IMG/VR virus record: IMGVR_UViG_3300009104_001126
Location: 1 to 55,930 of that record
Source: a virus
Taxonomy: Duplodnaviria; Caudoviricetes
Length of the DNA stretch: 55,930 nt
Strand: one strand, 5' to 3'
A program made the position numbers and the translations under genes. The notes beneath the pieces were generated by a model. It was not told where the DNA came from. It searched no databases and saw only the letters and a program-made list of their open reading frames with translations. Position 1 is the first letter of the stretch; each line of letters opens with the position of its first letter. This document shows positions 7,764 through 17,128 of this stretch, piece after piece.

Positions 7764-10327
7764 TGTACGATCAACTGAAAGAACAAAAAAGTATTTTAGC
7801 AAGACTAATGGCATCGGAGAACATTTCTGTTCGCCACGCTAAAGTTCCTACCGCAGGATTCAATCCAACAACCAGAACATTGGTTTTACCAATTCTCAAA
7901 GAGATGGAAGGTGATGTCTATGACTTATTCGTTTGTCACGAAGTAGGACATGCTTTATATACACCATCTCAAGGTTGGCATAGCGTCATCGAGAAGAAAG
8001 GTCCTAACTATAAAGGATTTTTGAATATCGTAGAAGATGCGAGGATTGAAAAATTAATCAAAAGAAAATTCGCAGGCGCTGCAAAAGCAATGCACAAGGG
8101 ATATAAAATATTGGTTCACGATAGAGATTTTTTCGGACTTAAGCAATATAATATTGATATCGATTCTGCATCGCTCATCGATAAACTTAATATCCATTTC
8201 AAAGGCGGACCTTTGGAGAATGTTAAATTCACTGAAGATGAAAAACCATTTATTGAGAAAATGGAAAAGCTGGAAACATGGGAAGATGTTGAAGAGCTGA
8301 CTGAAGAACTTTGGAAATATGCTGAAGAGAACGAAGAAGATCAAATGACATGTACCGACGATATGTCAATGGAAGAATCGATCGAATATGAAGATGATGA
8401 CGATGACGATGAAGAAGAGTGGGAAGATTTTCAAGATTCATATGATCGAGAATCCGATAATGATTGTGATGCTCCGGTTGATAAATGTGATAATTCAGAT
8501 CAACCAGAAAATAATACAGATGGAAATGATGAAGGTGGTTCATCTGAAGAAGAACAAGAAAAAGAGAATAGCGAAGGTGAAACAAAAGCTGAAGATTCTT
8601 CTGAGGGAAAAGAAGAAGAAAGTAAATCTGAAGGAGGTACAAGTTCAGGTGGAGGATATGATCAATGGTATGAAGATAATGCTTGGAAATCCGGCAGAGA
8701 ACCAAGATCGATAACCGATCAACACTTTCGTGAAAAAGAAGAAGAGTTAGTTCACGAAGACGCACTGGATTTAAAATATTATAATTCTCCGAAAATTAAT
8801 TTGAAACATGTAGGACCAGACGGCAGACCTTTAATCATAGGTTACAAAGAGCTTTTGAAAAGAACACAGAGTGCCTTAGATGCGCGCGAAAAACACTTAG
8901 TAGAAAGTAAGTTGACTTCCTTAGATTGGGAGAGAGAAAGTTCTGTTATGTTCGGATATGCGAAAGAATATTTGAAATATGTTGATAAAGAAAATAAGCC
9001 AGTTGTTAATTATCTCGTTAAAGAATTTGAGATGAAAAAGAAAGCGGCTGAATATAAAAGATCTGCGACAGCAAATTCAGGTGTTATATCACTTTCAGAT
9101 ATTCACAAGTACAAATATTCTGATAATATATTTAAAAAGATTACTATTGTTCCCGAAGGAAAAAATCACGGACTTTATTTTTTGATGGATTGGTCAGGTT
9201 CAATGAGTGAAAAAATAATGCCGACCTTAGTTCAGTTATTTCAATTAATAGATTTTTGTAGGAAGTGTAACATTTCTCATGAAGCATATGCTTTCGTTGA
9301 TTATAGTTATGATGAACAGGGACATTCATTAACTGAAGAAGGGACCTTCGGTTTTCCTTTCAAACCAGAAGCTAATTCATTAGCAGTAGGAGATATTGCA
9401 ACACAATTGGTTGAAATATTTTCACATAAAATGACTGCAAAGGAATTTAATGCTCAACGTGAATATCTTCTTTTATCGATCTTACGATGCGATAGAGATT
9501 TCACTGGTGCGCCTTGGTTAGATGAGAAAAAAGAAAGAGCTCATTGGAGAAACCAAATGAATGGTAACACCAGAGCTAGAGTTCCAAAAGATACAATTCC
9601 ATATTTAATTTATAAATCTTGGGGTCAAGAGAAGAAGTGTCAAACTAATTGGGAATGGAATTCAATAGGACGATTTGTTAAGTTCCCATTAGAAAGACTT
9701 TGTGGAACTCCTTTGAATGATGCGATCTTGGTCAGCACAGAAAATGTTAAAAGATTTAAAAGAGAAAATAATCTTGACATAGTTAATACAATTATTCTTT
9801 CAGATGGAGAATCAAATTCATCTCATAGATTTTATTCTGAAGAGAAAATGGCTGAAGCAGAAAAGACCGGTAACATGAAGGACATCACTGAAATGATAAG
9901 TTCAAGAGAATGTAAAATCAAATTAGTGGACAGAGAAACAAAGGATGTTTTTGAATGGACTGCTGTTCATGGAATGAGACAGACAAAAAACTTTCTTGAT
10001 TATTTTAAAGCAAAAACAGGTTCGAATGTTATAGGATTCTTCCTTACATCTTCAGCTGATGACGCTGGACGAGTTGTCGGTTGGCATGATTGGTCTACTG
10101 CAAAAGCAGAATATAATAGACTTGGTTATTTGATTAGGCAAGATCATGGTTACGATGAGCTCTATGTGATCAAATCTCATAGTTCTGTTCCTCTGGAAGA
10201 TGAGATCAAAGTGGATACTGATAAGAAAAATACAACCGCGACGTTAGCAAAGGCATTCAAGAATTTCCAAAAAGGCAAATTGGAAAAGAGAATAATGTTG
10301 CAAAGCTTCGCAGAAAAGGTTGCATAA
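7763..10327 (+). CDS. Metallopeptidase-like/VWA domain protein (CobT-like partner of the AAA+ ATPase)
   Basis: HEVGH and EDARIE, acidic linker, MIDAS DWSGS...GTPL...SDGES. Confidence 0.85.
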   Translation: MYDQLKEQKSILARLMASENISVRHAKVPTAGFNPTTRTLVLPILKEMEGDVYDLFVCHEVGHALYTPSQGWHSVIEKKGPNYKGFLNIVEDARIEKLIKRKFAGAAKAMHKGYKILVHDRDFFGLKQYNIDIDSASLIDKLNIHFKGGPLENVKFTEDEKPFIEKMEKLETWEDVEELTEELWKYAEENEEDQMTCTDDMSMEESIEYEDDDDDDEEEWEDFQDSYDRESDNDCDAPVDKCDNSDQPENNTDGNDEGGSSEEEQEKENSEGETKAEDSSEGKEEESKSEGGTSSGGGYDQWYEDNAWKSGREPRSITDQHFREKEEELVHEDALDLKYYNSPKINLKHVGPDGRPLIIGYKELLKRTQSALDAREKHLVESKLTSLDWERESSVMFGYAKEYLKYVDKENKPVVNYLVKEFEMKKKAAEYKRSATANSGVISLSDIHKYKYSDNIFKKITIVPEGKNHGLYFLMDWSGSMSEKIMPTLVQLFQLIDFCRKCNISHEAYAFVDYSYDEQGHSLTEEGTFGFPFKPEANSLAVGDIATQLVEIFSHKMTAKEFNAQREYLLLSILRCDRDFTGAPWLDEKKERAHWRNQMNGNTRARVPKDTIPYLIYKSWGQEKKCQTNWEWNSIGRFVKFPLERLCGTPLNDAILVSTENVKRFKRENNLDIVNTIILSDGESNSSHRFYSEEKMAEAEKTGNMKDITEMISSRECKIKLVDRETKDVFEWTAVHGMRQTKNFLDYFKAKTGSNVIGFFLTSSADDAGRVVGWHDWSTAKAEYNRLGYLIRQDHGYDELYVIKSHSSVPLEDEIKVDTDKKNTTATLAKAFKNFQKGKLEKRIMLQSFAEKVA

Positions 10328-10373
10328 ATGCATTTTTGTTTTACATTGAAATCAATAGGTTATAAGGAACTCG

Positions 10374-10427
10374 TTGAAATCATTGATAAACAAAAGTGTT
10401 GACATTTTGGACTAGATCAGTTATAAT
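10374..10427 (+). promoter_or_regulatory. Sigma70-like early promoter, duplicate of the 7494-7547 promoter
   Basis: 37 bp identical to 7494-7530; TTGACA 10399-10404, 17 nt, TATAAT 10422-10427. Confidence 0.9.
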
Positions 10428-10466
10428 ATATACATATTAAATAATAACATAAGCGAGAGAGGTTAT

Positions 10467-11648
10467 ATGATGGCAAATCGAGAAAAACTATTAGAAGCTT
10501 GGAAATCTGTACACGGTGAGAACACAGTGTTAGATCGTTCTCAGGTGAATGCAATGGCGGCAGCCAGTGATTTACCAGAACCAAATCAAAATTTCCTAGG
10601 TAAACTTAGAGTAGGACGAAATCAATTTTCAATTACAAATTACGGAACAAATATGGCAACACCAGCTGCAAAATGGGGTGACAAATTTCGTAAACCTAAA
10701 GCATTAAAAGATGTGAAGGTTGTCCAACACGAAACCACAATTAAGAAAGTAGACGAAGCGATCTCTTTCGTACCGGATAAAGATCCCAATTATATTAAAG
10801 CTGGATATTTTAAAGAGTTGGTTCAGATATTCAAGTCTGGAATGTTTGTACCATCCTTTATTACAGGTTTATCTGGAATGGGAAAAACCAAAGAAGTTTT
10901 CGAAGCAGCCGCAGCTACAAAGCGCGAATTGATTCGAGTTAATATTACCATCGAAACAGATGAAGATGATCTTCTCGGTCACTATGTTTTGAAAGACGGA
11001 GAAACTATCTGGGAAGACGGACCAGTCATTGTTGCGATGGAACGTGGTGCTATATTGCTTTTAGATGAGATTGATTTAGCATCAAATAAGATCATGTGTC
11101 TCCAACCCGTACTCGAAGGCGGAAATATCTTTTTGAAGAAGATTAATCGTCTCGTAAAACCCGCACCAGGATTTAACATCGTTGCAACTGCCAATACAAA
11201 AGGTAAAGGTAATGATGACGGAAGATTCATAGGAGCAAATATTCTTAATGAAGCTTTCCTTGATCGTTTTCCAATAACGTTCGAACAAGATTATCCACCA
11301 GCAACCATCGAAAAGAAAATCGTTTCCAGGATTCTTGAGAATGCAGGAATCAATGATTCAGATTTTGTTAATCATCTTACTCAATGGACAGATGTTATTC
11401 GTAGAACATTTGCTGATGGTGGAATTGATGAAATAATTTCCACACGTCGTTTGATTAACATCGCTACGTCTTATATGATCTTCGGAAACAAAGAAAAAGC
11501 GATCGAATATTCGATCAATCGTTTCGATGAAGATACCAAAACAGGCTTCATGGATCTTTGGACAAAAGTAGATCCTAGCGCCGCACCAGATGAAGAAGTA
11601 CAAGGTGAGGGTGAACCTGAAGAATCAAAAGAAGAAAAACTTTACTAA
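10467..11648 (+). CDS. cobS: CobS-like MoxR-family AAA+ ATPase
   Basis: GLSGMGKT Walker A, LLLDEID Walker B, TANTKGKG, LNEAFLDRF, ISTRRL. Confidence 0.85.
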   Translation: MMANREKLLEAWKSVHGENTVLDRSQVNAMAAASDLPEPNQNFLGKLRVGRNQFSITNYGTNMATPAAKWGDKFRKPKALKDVKVVQHETTIKKVDEAISFVPDKDPNYIKAGYFKELVQIFKSGMFVPSFITGLSGMGKTKEVFEAAAATKRELIRVNITIETDEDDLLGHYVLKDGETIWEDGPVIVAMERGAILLLDEIDLASNKIMCLQPVLEGGNIFLKKINRLVKPAPGFNIVATANTKGKGNDDGRFIGANILNEAFLDRFPITFEQDYPPATIEKKIVSRILENAGINDSDFVNHLTQWTDVIRRTFADGGIDEIISTRRLINIATSYMIFGNKEKAIEYSINRFDEDTKTGFMDLWTKVDPSAAPDEEVQGEGEPEESKEEKLY

Positions 11649-11656
11649 TTTAATCC

Positions 11657-11685
11657 TTGACATTATATACATTATCAGCTATAAT
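11657..11685 (+). promoter_or_regulatory. Sigma70-like promoter for the replication operon
   Basis: TTGACA 11657-11662, 17 nt, TATAAT 11680-11685. Confidence 0.85.
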
Positions 11686-11737
11686 TACAACAATTAGTTG
11701 ATAATGTATATTTGTTGTTAATGAGAAAAAGGAATGT

Positions 11738-12751
11738 ATGCAAATTGAAGTACCTATATCTGATTTGAGAAAGAAAAAGATATTTGTTGCAACACCTATG
11801 TATGGAGGACAGTGTTCCGGAATGTATACAAAGGCTTGTTGTGATTTAGCAACTACTGCTACCAAATATCAAATTGATCTAAAATATTTTTATCTGTTTA
11901 ATGAATCTTTAATAACCAGAGCTCGAAATTATTGTGTAGATGAATTCTTGAGATCAGGTTATACTCACCTCATGTTTATAGATAGCGATATTTGTTTCGA
12001 TCCTAATTACGTTCTTACATTAGCAGCGTTATGCGATGAAACAAAACCAATCGTTGGAGGTATATATCCTAAGAAGTGTATTGCTTGGGAAAAGGTACGT
12101 AATGCAGTTGACAAAGGTCTGGCAGATGAAAATCCAATGCTTCTTGAAAAGTTCACTGGAGACTTTGTGTTTAATCCAACTGGCGGAACACAAACAATAT
12201 CATTATCAGAACCTGTTGAAGCTTTGGAAATAGGAACAGGCTTTATGATGATTCGAAGAGAAGCATTAGAAGAATTTGCAAAAGCTTATCCTAAATTTCG
12301 ATATAAACCCGATCATAATCGATCAGATCATTTTGATGGTTCTCGATATATTCATGCTTTCTTTGATACCATTATTGATAACGATCAATGGATGGGTGAG
12401 GGCAAATCGGAAGGGTCTGATCGATATCTTTCTGAAGATTATATGTTTTGTCAATTGTGTCAGAAGATAGGTATCAAAACTTATCTATGTCCTTGGATGA
12501 AATTACAGCATATTGGAACATATGTGTTTAATGGTAACTTACCGGATATGGGTGCATTGGAATATGCAGCACATGGATATGATACTGAGAGTAGACCTTT
12601 CTTGGAAGACCGGAAAGCAAAGTTAGCATCAAAGGGAATGAGCAGGAAAGATAGACGAGCTCTTGCTAAAGAAAAGCGAAAAGAGTCTAAAAAGAAACTT
12701 AAACAACCTGAAGAAAATTCAGAGGAACATAAGAGTCCTAACCACCTATAG
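11738..12751 (+). CDS. GT-A fold glycosyltransferase-like protein
   Basis: ATPMYGG, SLITRARN, FIDSDI (DxD), GTGFMMI, YLSEDYMFC, HIG. Confidence 0.8.
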   Translation: MQIEVPISDLRKKKIFVATPMYGGQCSGMYTKACCDLATTATKYQIDLKYFYLFNESLITRARNYCVDEFLRSGYTHLMFIDSDICFDPNYVLTLAALCDETKPIVGGIYPKKCIAWEKVRNAVDKGLADENPMLLEKFTGDFVFNPTGGTQTISLSEPVEALEIGTGFMMIRREALEEFAKAYPKFRYKPDHNRSDHFDGSRYIHAFFDTIIDNDQWMGEGKSEGSDRYLSEDYMFCQLCQKIGIKTYLCPWMKLQHIGTYVFNGNLPDMGALEYAAHGYDTESRPFLEDRKAKLASKGMSRKDRRALAKEKRKESKKKLKQPEENSEEHKSPNHL

Positions 12752-12758
12752 AGATAAA

Positions 12759-13442
12759 ATGATTATACATAATGAGACCATTGAGTATTTAAAAAACTTT
12801 GCTGAAATCAATCAAAGCTTGGTCATTGAAAAAGGCGATGTAATCAAAACAATTAGTGAACAGACAAACGTAATGGCAAGGGCTGGTTTGAAACAAGACT
12901 TTCCACAAGACTTTGCGATTTACGATCTTAATAAGTTCTTAGGTGTTCTGTCTTTATTCGCTGAACCTGAATTTAAATTTAGAGAAAAATCTATAACAAT
13001 TCAATCAAGTGTTGATGCAAATAATTTTACAGCCGGTGATTCTGTGGCTGAATATCAATTTGCGAATATGTCTTTATTTGAAAATGAAAGAAAGATCCTA
13101 GCAAAGGATATTGAGTTACCTTCTGAAGATGCTTCGTTTAAATTAGAAGAAAAATATCTTATATCTATTATGAGGGCAGCGTCAGTTATGAGTCTCCCTG
13201 AGATCGCAGTTGTAGCATCTGAAGGAAAGATTAAATTACAAGCAATCGATTCTAAAACATCTGTTGATAGTTACGCAGTTGAATTAGGACAAACAGATTC
13301 TAATTTTAAAATGATTTTTAAGATAGAAAATCTTAAAATGATGAAAGGATCTTATGATGTAAAAATATCAAATAAAGGTCTAGGACATTTTAGAAATTGT
13401 GAGAAAGATCTTCAATATTGGATAGCAACTGAACAGGCGTAA
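12759..13442 (+). CDS. gp45: Sliding clamp
   Basis: LKNFAEINQS, FAIYDLNKFL, YWIATE; synteny with gp44/gp62; start refined from track 12663. Confidence 0.92.
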   Translation: MIIHNETIEYLKNFAEINQSLVIEKGDVIKTISEQTNVMARAGLKQDFPQDFAIYDLNKFLGVLSLFAEPEFKFREKSITIQSSVDANNFTAGDSVAEYQFANMSLFENERKILAKDIELPSEDASFKLEEKYLISIMRAASVMSLPEIAVVASEGKIKLQAIDSKTSVDSYAVELGQTDSNFKMIFKIENLKMMKGSYDVKISNKGLGHFRNCEKDLQYWIATEQA

Positions 13443-14380
13443 TGACAGATAATATATTATGGGTTGAAAAATACAGACCACAAAAAGTTTCAGAATGTAT
13501 TCTACCAGATCATTTAAAAGAACCATTTGAATCTTATGTAGCTTCAGGCAACATACCGAATCTTCTTTTATGTGGAGGTCCTGGTATGGGGAAGACTACA
13601 ATTGCGAAAGCAATGTGTAAAGAGATTGGTTTAGACTATTTGGTTATTAACGGTTCTCAAGAATCTGGTATTGATTTATTAAGAGTAAAGTTAGAAAATT
13701 ATTGTAGTAGTGTTTCACTGATTGGTGGTCGTAAGGTTGTTATTATAGATGAGGCTGATTATTTAAATCCTCAATCTACGCAGCCAGCAATGAGAGGGTT
13801 TATTGAGCGATTCGCTGATAATTGTAGTTTCATTTTTACATGTAATTATCTTAATAGAATTATCGATCCTATTCATTCTCGATGTTCGGTAGTTGAATTT
13901 AAAGTAGATAAGAAAGAATCTCCTAAAATAGCTCAACAGTTATTAGAAAGAATTATTGTAATTCTTAATGAGAATAAAGTCGAGTTCAATGAGAAAGTCA
14001 TTGTTGAACTCATTATGAAATATTATCCAGATTTTAGAAGAACATTAAATGAATTACAACGTTATAGTAGTAGTGGACAGATTGATAGTGGTATTCTCAG
14101 TCTACTCTCAGATAGCGATTTTAATGCGCTTATAAACGCGTTAAAAGAAAAGAACTTTACAAAGGTTCGTAAATGGGTTGTTGATACAAGCCATACAGAT
14201 GCTAGGACGATATATAGAAAATTATACGATAATTTACACGAACATTTAACACAGAATGCATTACCGCCAATTATTTTACTATTGGCTGATTATCAATATA
14301 AAAGTGCATTTGCAGCAGATCAAGATATAAATCTTACAGCATGTTTAATTGAGATCATGATAGAAGGACAATGGCAATGA
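13442..14380 (+). CDS. gp44: Clamp loader large subunit
   Basis: LWVEKYRP, GGPGMGKTT, IIDEAD, SRC. Confidence 0.95.
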   Translation: MTDNILWVEKYRPQKVSECILPDHLKEPFESYVASGNIPNLLLCGGPGMGKTTIAKAMCKEIGLDYLVINGSQESGIDLLRVKLENYCSSVSLIGGRKVVIIDEADYLNPQSTQPAMRGFIERFADNCSFIFTCNYLNRIIDPIHSRCSVVEFKVDKKESPKIAQQLLERIIVILNENKVEFNEKVIVELIMKYYPDFRRTLNELQRYSSSGQIDSGILSLLSDSDFNALINALKEKNFTKVRKWVVDTSHTDARTIYRKLYDNLHEHLTQNALPPIILLLADYQYKSAFAADQDINLTACLIEIMIEGQWQ

Positions 14381-14796
14381 ATCCATTCGATTTTGTAAAT
14401 GATATTAATTATAAGAAGAAAGATTTATTGAAAGACGATATAGATAATCAAAAAGAAAGCGATTATAAACCATTTCTTGTTAATCGATCTTTAAGTTTTA
14501 ATTTTGATACTATCCTTCAATCTAATGAAATGAACATTAGAACACACCTAGATAATAAGCTTCAATACCACTATTTGCTAAATATTATCAGACCCAAGAA
14601 TAGATTTGGTCGATGGTTAAAAGCTGAGAAGTATGAAGCCATAGATCTTATTGTTGAATATTATGGATACAGCCTTCAGAAAGCGAGAGAGGTTGTTGAT
14701 ATTTTCAGTGATGAGGATTTGAATACTCTTAGGCAAGAATTATTTACAGGTGGTTTGAAGGAGAACAATGAGCGTAGAGATAGATTCTCTCGTTGA
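14371..14796 (+). CDS. gp62: Clamp loader small subunit
   Basis: NPFDFVNDIN, YKPFLVNRSLS, YYGYS, TGG; synteny. Confidence 0.9.
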   Translation: MAMNPFDFVNDINYKKKDLLKDDIDNQKESDYKPFLVNRSLSFNFDTILQSNEMNIRTHLDNKLQYHYLLNIIRPKNRFGRWLKAEKYEAIDLIVEYYGYSLQKAREVVDIFSDEDLNTLRQELFTGGLKENNERRDRFSR

Positions 14797-15196
14797 AATC
14801 AAGTTAAAACAACCCGATGATTTTTTAAAAGTAAAGGAAACATTAACAAGGATAGGTGTAGCTTCAAAGAAAGATAAGATATTATATCAATCTTGTCATA
14901 TTCTCCATAAGCAAGCCAGGTACTATATTGTTCATTTTAAAGAATTGTTTATGTTGGATGGAAAGCCTTCCAACTTTTCGGATAACGATGCAGCGAGAAG
15001 AAATACTATAGTTAATTTATTAGCTGAATGGGATTTAATTGAAAAGGTCGATAATGCTAAAATCGATGATGATAATGTGGTTCCTATTAATCAATTAAAG
15101 ATTATATCTTTCAAAAAGAAAGATGAGTGGGAACTTGTGGCGAAATATAATATAGGTAATAAAAAGAATGACGATGCTAAAATTGAGGGCTCATAA
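14768..15196 (+). CDS. regA: Translational repressor RegA
   Basis: DDFLKVKETLTRIGVAS, LYQSCHILHK, YYIVHFKELF. Confidence 0.95.
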   Translation: MSVEIDSLVEIKLKQPDDFLKVKETLTRIGVASKKDKILYQSCHILHKQARYYIVHFKELFMLDGKPSNFSDNDAARRNTIVNLLAEWDLIEKVDNAKIDDDNVVPINQLKIISFKKKDEWELVAKYNIGNKKNDDAKIEGS

Positions 15197-15677
15197 GATA
15201 TATTCTGATGTAAAGCTTCCAACATTTTCAACCCGCGGTTCTGCATGTTTTGATATATGTGCATATTATACACCTGAATTGGGTTATGATATTTGGAATG
15301 ACGCCAGAAAAGATTTTGTTAAAAGACACGACCCTAATATAACAATACATCCTTTTCAAAGAGTCCTAGTACCAACGGGATTAATTTTAGATATCCCCGC
15401 AGGACACTCGGTAAGAATACATCCGAGATCTGGTAATGCAATTAAAAAAGGTTTAAGTTTTATTAATTGTGAAGGAATAGTTGATTCTGATTATATCGAT
15501 CCGTTAATGGTTCCGGTAATAAATTTATCAGATGTTCAGACAATTGTTATAAATAACAATGATCGAATTGCACAGGGTGAATTAATTAAAGATTTAAGTT
15601 ATAATATAGAAGAAATTAGTTCACCTCCCGAACAAAAAACCGACCGTGAAGGTGGTTTTGGGAGTACTGGCGCATGA
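15168..15677 (+). CDS. dut: Trimeric dUTPase
   Basis: SACFD, PRSG, GIVDSDY, RIAQ, REGGFGSTG. Confidence 0.95.
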   Translation: MTMLKLRAHKIYSDVKLPTFSTRGSACFDICAYYTPELGYDIWNDARKDFVKRHDPNITIHPFQRVLVPTGLILDIPAGHSVRIHPRSGNAIKKGLSFINCEGIVDSDYIDPLMVPVINLSDVQTIVINNNDRIAQGELIKDLSYNIEEISSPPEQKTDREGGFGSTGA

Positions 15678-15868
15678 GTAAATTTAAAGTTGTCGGGCAC
15701 AGTTTCGACTTAGAAGTATATAACGAAGTTTTAACTGATCCCGAAAAAGGCACTACAGAGTTCGACGAGGTCGGAGTATATAGTGCCAATTCCATAATGC
15801 ATTTATTATGGATTGTGTTCAAACATAGGTTTGAACATTTTTTAGCAGGAGAAGGTTGGAGAGATTGA
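15674..15868 (+). CDS. Hypothetical protein
   Basis: 64 aa, ATGA-coupled to dut. Confidence 0.65.
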   Translation: MSKFKVVGHSFDLEVYNEVLTDPEKGTTEFDEVGVYSANSIMHLLWIVFKHRFEHFLAGEGWRD

Positions 15869-15885
15869 TCTTCCCCTTAACATAC

Positions 15886-15954
15886 CATTAAGAATTGCTT
15901 GCGTAAGGGTTCTTAATGTTTCTTATTAACGTCTTTGCTTAAAGAAGGAGGACT
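15886..15954 (+). promoter_or_regulatory. ROSE-like RNA thermometer candidate in the hsp20 leader
   Basis: Upstream hairpin CATTAAGAAT/GTTCTTAATG, then GTCTTT-G-CTT pairing with AAG-GAGGAC (SD) with a bulged G (UUGCU motif). Confidence 0.6.
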
Positions 15955-16398
15955 ATGTTAACAACTAACGCACTTTCCATGTTTCCCACCCAAAAACAGT
16001 TAGAACAAGCATTTGGTCGATCAGTAGGGTTTGATACTCTATTTGATAGATTTTTTGAAGTTAATTCAGCACAACAAAATTCGGGATATCCACCTTATAA
16101 TCTCAAAAAGGATGGAGAGCATTATACTCTTGAACTTGCTGTTGCGGGATTATCCGAAAAGGATCTTTCGGTGCATGTGGAAGATGGGACTTTGACTGTC
16201 TCCAGTCAAACAGATAAATCTGAAGAAGAATTTCTTCATCAGGGAATCGCCAGGCGCTCTTTTAAAAGGTCTTGGACACTCGCTGATGACATGATAGTTA
16301 ATGACGCTAAATTAGAAAGCGGAATGTTATCAATTTCCTTAGAAAAAATTGTTCCTGAGGAAAAGAAAGCGAAACAGATTCCTATTGTTACGAAGTAG
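15955..16398 (+). CDS. hsp20: Small heat shock protein
   Basis: VGFD, YPPYN, LELAVAG, HQGIARRSFKRSW, GMLSISL. Confidence 0.95.
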   Translation: MLTTNALSMFPTQKQLEQAFGRSVGFDTLFDRFFEVNSAQQNSGYPPYNLKKDGEHYTLELAVAGLSEKDLSVHVEDGTLTVSSQTDKSEEEFLHQGIARRSFKRSWTLADDMIVNDAKLESGMLSISLEKIVPEEKKAKQIPIVTK

Positions 16399-16424
16399 TT
16401 TCGTAAACCCTTTAGAGGGTGCGT

Positions 16425-16432
16425 TATAAATA
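16425..16432 (+). promoter_or_regulatory. T4-type late promoter
   Basis: TATAAATA upstream of the peptidase gene. Confidence 0.75.
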
Positions 16433-16472
16433 TGATATTAAAATATGTTAACAAACCCTCTTTAGGATTATT

Positions 16473-16970
16473 ATGATAGATTTATTAAATACAGATGAAG
16501 ATATTAGAGTAGCACAAAATTTTACTCTACCTGAACTTGTGAAGAGTTCGACCGCGGATAGATTAGGAATAAGTAATATGCCTGCCAATGCGCAGATATT
16601 AGTTAATCTCGTAAACACTGCAAATCATATTTTACAACCAGTAAGAGATCAATTCGGACCAATTCGAGTTAATAGTGGATATAGGGGACCGGCTTTGAAT
16701 AAAGCAGTTGGAGGGTCTAAGACCAGTCAACATTGTAAAGGAGAGGCCGCAGACTTTGAAAGTTCCAGAATAGGCAATTATAAATTAGCCTGCTGGGTTA
16801 AAGATAATTTAGAATTTGACCAATTAATTTTAGAATTTTATACACAAGGCGAGCCGAGTAGTGGATGGGTTCATTGTTCTTATAGAACAGATGGACAAAA
16901 TCGAGGAAAGATAAACACTGCTTTAAGAATAAAAGGAAAAACAGTATATAAGGACGGATTAATTCAATGA
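16473..16970 (+). CDS. Peptidase M15A family (probable endolysin)
   Basis: NSGYR, SQHCKGEAAD, WVHCS zinc ligands. Confidence 0.88.
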   Translation: MIDLLNTDEDIRVAQNFTLPELVKSSTADRLGISNMPANAQILVNLVNTANHILQPVRDQFGPIRVNSGYRGPALNKAVGGSKTSQHCKGEAADFESSRIGNYKLACWVKDNLEFDQLILEFYTQGEPSSGWVHCSYRTDGQNRGKINTALRIKGKTVYKDGLIQ

Positions 16971-17128
16971 AACAATTTAAGATATTTCCAATGTTATTAT
17001 ATCTTCAATTTTTATATTTTATCGGTGCATTCATGGCCAGGAGTTGGGTTGATGATCAAATATTATGGGTCTATGGGAAATTGGATTCTTGGGGACATAA
17101 GGTACATTACAATCATTTGGATAAATGA
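16967..17128 (+). CDS. Small hydrophobic protein (53 aa)
   Basis: MKQFKIFPMLLYLQFLYFIGAFMARSWVDDQILWVYGKLDSWGHKVHYNHLDK; ATGA overlaps at both ends; below the track cutoff. Confidence 0.65.
   Translation: MKQFKIFPMLLYLQFLYFIGAFMARSWVDDQILWVYGKLDSWGHKVHYNHLDK

Noticed and set aside
7763-11648. cobS/cobT as cobalamin biosynthesis genes supporting NrdJ
   Set aside because: MoxR AAA+/VWA pairs are general chaperone modules common in T4-like phages; no CobN or other cob genes are present
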